DNA of 63,639 bases, the filler included, from Octopus bimaculoides (Eukaryota): the NCBI RefSeq assembly GCF_001194135.2. It is 6 parts of 6 records of this genome, joined end to end, with 100 filler letters (N's around TTAATTAATTAA, not from the genome) between each part and the next. Parts side by side here need not be neighbours in the genome. Positions count along the whole stretch, not along the records: positions 57,350 to 61,501 come from NW_026298415.1; positions 61,602 to 63,639 come from NC_069005.1; 4 more parts are not named here. The stretch is one strand, 5' to 3'. This document shows, one piece after another, positions 58,741 through 63,639 of the stretch (position 1 is its first letter; every line of letters starts with the position of its first letter). Both the position numbers and the translations under genes were made by a program. The notes beneath the pieces are model-generated. The model did not search any database, was not told where the DNA came from, and saw only the letters and a list, made by a program, of their open reading frames with translations.

Positions 58741-61689
58741 ATAATAATAATAGATTCAAACTTTGGCATCAGGGCAGTAATTTTAGTAGGAGAAGGTTAG
58801 TCGATTTTATACACTCGGTACTTGTCCAGCATTGTATTTTATCGACTACAAAGGACGAAGGGCAAAACCAACTTCGATGAGCCTTAAACTCAGGACGCAT
58901 AGAGAGGGGTGGGGGATGTTGTTAGGCATTTTCTGCGATGCGCTAACGATTCTGCAATTTCGCTGCCTCAACAACAACAGCAGCAGCAAGAAAAACAACG
59001 ATAATATTAATAATAATAATAATAATAAAATAAAAACTTGAACATAAACATGAGAGCCATGAAAATAAATCAATATGTCTTTTAAGCACCAAAGCTATTT
59101 AGGAAAAATATGTTTTACAATAACAATGAGTTGCGCTAAATTAGACAAAAATCGTTATCACGAGAAATAAAAAAGAGATTGAATGAAGTTACGAAGCATG
59201 TGTGAATGAGTGAGTGTGACTGTCAATGTATACGCCAGTGTGTGCGTGCGCACGTGTGTTTGAGTGTGTGTGTATGAGCGCGTGTGTGTATACACACACA
59301 TATATACATACATAGAGAGAGAGAGAGAGAGNNNNNNNNNNNNNNNNNNNNNNNNNNNNNNNNNNNNNNNNNNNNNNNNNNNNNNNNNNNNNNNNNNNNN
59401 NNNNNNNNNNNNNNNNNNNNNNNNNNNNNNNNNNNNNNNNNNNNNNNNNNNNNNNNNNNNNNATAGATAGATAGATAGATAGATAGATAGAGTATACTGA
59501 ACGCTAAAAACTATTTTGACAATTCTAGTTTTTAATGCGCCTTGACGAATTAGAATAATAACATAAACTATAAAAAAAAGTCACTTTTACAGAGGGAATT
59601 ATCCATAGCAACATTATCATCATCAACATCGTCATCATTGTCATCATCATAATGATAATAATAATTGTTTTTCTTTCTACTGGTGGCACAAGGCCTGAAA
59701 TTTTGTTGGTCGATTACATCGATCCCGATGTTCAACTGGTATTTATTTTATGAACCTCAGAAGGTTAAAAGGCAAGGTCGACTTCAGNNNNNNNNNNNNN
59801 NNNNNNNNNNNNNNNNNNNNNNNNNNNNNNNNNNNNNNNNNNNNNNNNNNNNNNNNNNNNNNNNNNNNNNNNNGTATTTATTTTATGAACCTCAGAAGGT
59901 TAAAAGGCAAGGTCGACTTCAGCGACAACAATTGTTTCAAATTTTGACACAAAGCCAGCAGTTTCAAAACTGTTGGTTGTGTGAGAGGAGACAAAGTCGA
60001 TACCATGGAACCCAACACTAAGCTGATACTTCAATTTATTTACTCTGGAGGAAAGAAAGGTTACGTCTATGGAATTATGATGCTTTTCATCCCTCCGATT
60101 CGATAAAAATAAATTTTCTTTTGTTTCATAATGTAGAGAAAAATAACAGTAAAACAGTTCCCAGTGGTGGAGAACAACTGAGAGTTAAACCTGGAACCCT
60201 AACTGTCAAAGGAAAATACCTTCTCCTCGTTTTAATTTTCGCATCTCATCGGTGCTCAGCCTACGGTACCAGCAGGTTATATTTTGCCTACCATCCGGTA
60301 ACACTGCCAAACCAAATGACAATTTTGAAATTTGTTCATAATCCCCAACCAGTCATTCTTTCGGAAGAGACTTCTTGGATTTTCAATGTCACTTATACCC
60401 ATAATAATGTATCGTATTTATTTTATTTTAGCACCAGAGCAAATGATGAAGGACACTACAGAATAAGCACACGCACACAATAGAGGGATTNNNNNNNNNN
60501 ACAACAAGTGGAGAATGAAGAGATGTGCTACTACAAGCTACGTATTGAAAGATAGCAGCTTCCTAGAGCTAATTAGAGAACTCCACAAATTCTGGAATAC
60601 CTTGAGAACAGAACCAAAAAAATATACTGTCTGCCAGTTGTTATCTGAATTTTCATCCGCATATTCAGAGTTTAACCAGGTTTTACTCTCTGTTTATAGC
60701 AACATTTCCTCTCTGGTTATAGCAACCTTTTTAAGTGATAAGGAGTTATGGGTTAGTCATAATTATTCAATCTTTTTCATTCGTGAATACCATACGATCT
60801 TTTTGCTATAGCCACTAGAGAGTGGAAAACTGTCAATCTTTCCTTGCCCAAGGAAAATCTTGTGTATAAATCTGTTGCCATATGTGCTCTCATAATTTTA
60901 ATTATCACGAACGGAGAAGTGAAGTATAAGTTAAGCCAGTTTGATATAGCAATGGTCTTCATGGTATATTTTTAGCGATTAATCATTGGAAGAATAGGCA
61001 GCACCATTGATCCTCCCTTCCACTGGTTCTGGTGGAAATGAAAAAGATGTCATCAAACCGGAGTCATGCCCTGAATGCTTGCAACACAGGACACACCTCT
61101 AAAGGCATCCAGGCTTGTGCAGTTAATATTGACGACTAAATAAATAGATCATACGCTACGGAAGAATTAGAAATTCGAACACAAGGAGCCAGAACAAATA
61201 TCAATAAACATCACATAAGACGTTCAAACAATTCAGTCAACTATCACTTGGGTTGGTGGTGTAATTATCGACCACAGAAAGAGGAAAGCCAAAGTTGAAT
61301 TCAGCGGGTATGAACTTTAAACGCAAGAAGCCGGAACAAATAGCGCAAAACATTTCATTCGACTCTCAAATACTCTTAATTTGTTGCCTGAAGAACAGAG
61401 CTATATGCAGTCAGCAATGGTCGTCACTTCTGACTAGATACTGAATTGATACACTGTCAGATCATTGAGACTACGATCGCGCGCGCGCACACACACACGC
61501 ANNNNNNNNNNNNNNNNNNNNNNNNNNNNNNNNNNNNNNNNNNNNTTAATTAATTAANNNNNNNNNNNNNNNNNNNNNNNNNNNNNNNNNNNNNNNNNNN
61601 NTATAATATATATATAATATAATATATAAATATATGCATATATACATACATATATGTACATACCTACATATATATGTATATATACATGC

Positions 61690-61890
61690 ATATATGGATA
61701 CGGACATCAAAAAAACGTAGACAAAATGAGAAACGAGAACATAAAAAACGAAAACATAGGAAACGAACTTTTTTCGAACAACGAAAGAAACAAACAAATA
61801 GAGAAACTAAACAGGCAACATAAAGAACATTCCCTTCATCAGTTGTCCCCTGCTTTATCTACTCCTCGTTTCGAAGGTAGGGACAATGCC
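61690..61890 (-). mobile_element. Short (TA)n-associated element with reversed-order hammerhead motifs, truncated
   Basis: TTGTCCCT..CCTTC-GAAAC..GGGGACAA-CTGATGA-AGGG on the minus strand. Confidence 0.6.
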
Positions 61891-62076
61891 TATATTTATA
61901 TATTATTTATATTATTATATGATCGAACGTCATGCATCCATTTCCAAGTAAGTTTTATCTATCTATCTATATATATATAGATATATAGGAGAATTCACAA
62001 AAAAAAAACAAAAGACGAAGACAGGTGGTGTAGACAACAAACAGATGTATTAGTTTAACGCTCGGGAAGTGAAAAA

Positions 62077-62116
62077 GTCTTTAACGTTTCGAGCCTACGC
62101 TCTTCCACAGAAAAGA
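62077..62116 (-). ncRNA. Variant minimal type I hammerhead inside a short (TA)n-flanked element (about 61990-62165)
   Basis: TCTTTT-CTGTGGA-a-GAGC(gtag)GCTC-GAAACGTT-AAAGAC. Confidence 0.5.
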
Positions 62117-62889
62117 ACACAGAAAGAAACAGGGAGAGAAAATAAAGAATGTGTAGTGGCTATCGATCAAGTATGAAATCTTGATAAGATTTTATCAAGT
62201 AGCCAGCATGTAATGAACCATATAGGTGATAATTAATACAAGTATATATATTTATATAAATATAAATAGAATAATAAGGGCAGTGATGAATAGCGCCACG
62301 TGCTAGAAATAGACGTCAAATAGCACTAAGAACTACAGTTACTTTGTCCATTAGCACGGACTGAAAGCGAGGAAAGTGAATAAATAAGATTTCTTAAAAG
62401 AGGTTTCACTATAGATCGATTTCTGGTTTAGGGATATAAAAACCTCGCTACCTTCAGCAGTATAGTTTTACCAATTGTACATAACTATAAACATTTATAC
62501 ACGCCAATACAAATATCTCGTATCCATAATCATATATATACAAATGTTAACATTTATATACGAGCTAAATCTAATTTATCCACCTCAACACGTGCATATA
62601 CGACCGAAAATAATACCGCAGTGGATATTCTGGTCGGAGCAATTTGTATTTATTTATTTAATAATCAAGAATAAAGCATTTTCTCGCTTTCACTCCGTGC
62701 TAATGGAGCAATTAACTGTAGTTATTTAGCGTCTATTTCTAGCATGTTGTCCTTATTATTATAATTATATTTATATAATTATATATACTTGTATTAATTA
62801 TAACCTATATGGTTCATTAAATAAATAAATACAAGTGGCGTCTAAGTGGTGTTTTTTTTTTTTTGCAATTCTTCATATTTGAAGTTTTG

Positions 62890-63310
62890 GGGAAGAGGGT
62901 GAAGCCCTTAAGTGGCTATGTAAACCGATCCTCGAACGAGAGGTTCTTGCTCACTTGGGGAAAATGTGGACTTTGGTAAGATGCGTAGGAGGTCGTGACA
63001 ATGACACTTTCCTTCTTCGGTGTTACTCATCCGTCATAGTTGCTTTTGCCTTCTCCAAATTGCTTCCAACAGTTTATATTCAATCTCAACACGCTTCCCT
63101 CTCTGCTGTTATTTCGTCCCATCCTGTGAGATTCACACTAGCCTGGGTGAGCAGGCGTTTAAGGTGGTCATTGAAACGCTTCCTGGAATGGTGGGGGACT
63201 CTTCAGTCTCTATTCTGCCTTTGCTAAGCTTGCTGTAGAATACAGCCATCAGCAATATGGATTTGTCCTTGAGTGCTACTTGGTCTGCCCATCTGAGCTA
63301 TCTGAGCAGC
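62890..63310 (-). mobile_element. Decayed RTE (BovB-type) C-terminal fragment
   Basis: LRWA..FYSKL..RKRFNDHLKR..W..AERE..SRIGLHSHLR. Confidence 0.75.
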
Positions 63311-63320
63311 AGTGACAGAA

Positions 63321-63510
63321 GGCGGGGAGCTGGCAGAACCATTAGCACGCCGGGCGAAATGCTTAGCGGTATTTTGTCTGCCATTACGTTCTGAGTTCAA
63401 ATTCCGCCAAGGTCGACTTTGCCTTTCATCCTTTCGGGGTCGATAAATTACATGCCAGTTACGCACTGGGGTCGATCTAATCGACTTAATCCCTTTGTCT
63501 GTCCTTTTCA
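63321..63510 (+). mobile_element. SINE B
   Basis: Homology to 1490-1702. Confidence 0.9.
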
Positions 63511-63639
63511 ATATCAGTGAAGAATTTCACTGGAAAAGAAGATATAAATTTGCCAGGTTTTTGTCTCTCTTACCAAGGTCATCAGCTGTCGAACGCCGAC
63601 GAAGGGAAATAACCCTGAAATCCGGATACGTTCGTGCTG

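Noticed and set aside
60121-61100. ORFs 60121-60483 and 60515-60811; faint APE/RT-like traces (SFGRDFLDF, LFN..EWKT..LPK)
   Set aside because: Too degraded to classify; probably an old LINE rather than a host gene
4598-61797. Long ORFs full of X in the track (e.g. 4598-5626, 31014-32117, 39606-40544)
   Set aside because: They are open only because N gaps contain no stops

Overview
Repeat-dense, AT-rich eukaryotic DNA with many N gaps. It is most likely an Octopus genome: this is inferred from abundant tRNA-derived SINEs of the octopus OK/OR type, RTE LINEs and long microsatellites. There is no prokaryotic content, CRISPR array, rRNA or true tRNA gene. The one well-supported host coding exon is a RING(C3HC4)+TPR exon of a LONRF-like E3 ligase (19218-19495, +). 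Three weaker exon candidates were also seen. The rest is three SINE families, non-LTR relics (RTE/BovB-type, RLE/R4-type, CR1, Tx1), Penelope-like elements (PLE), mariner/Tc1/Merlin/hAT/piggyBac/Helitron relics and microsatellites. Most long ORFs in the track are N-gap or microsatellite artefacts. Top leads: (1) short (TA)n-embedded elements carrying all three hammerhead-ribozyme strands in reversed order (NUH, then GAAAC, then CUGAUGA), with covarying stems; (2) an RT-less PLE-type GIY-YIG nuclease ORF with upstream promoter motifs and a 3' hammerhead; (3) possible out-of-order LONRF exons across an artificial scaffold join; (4) a (TAA)n-embedded Tx1 LINE and an internally deleted RTE. All structures and translations were done by eye and no database search was run. 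Repeat boundaries are approximate (about +/-20 bp) unless a TSD or TIR is quoted.
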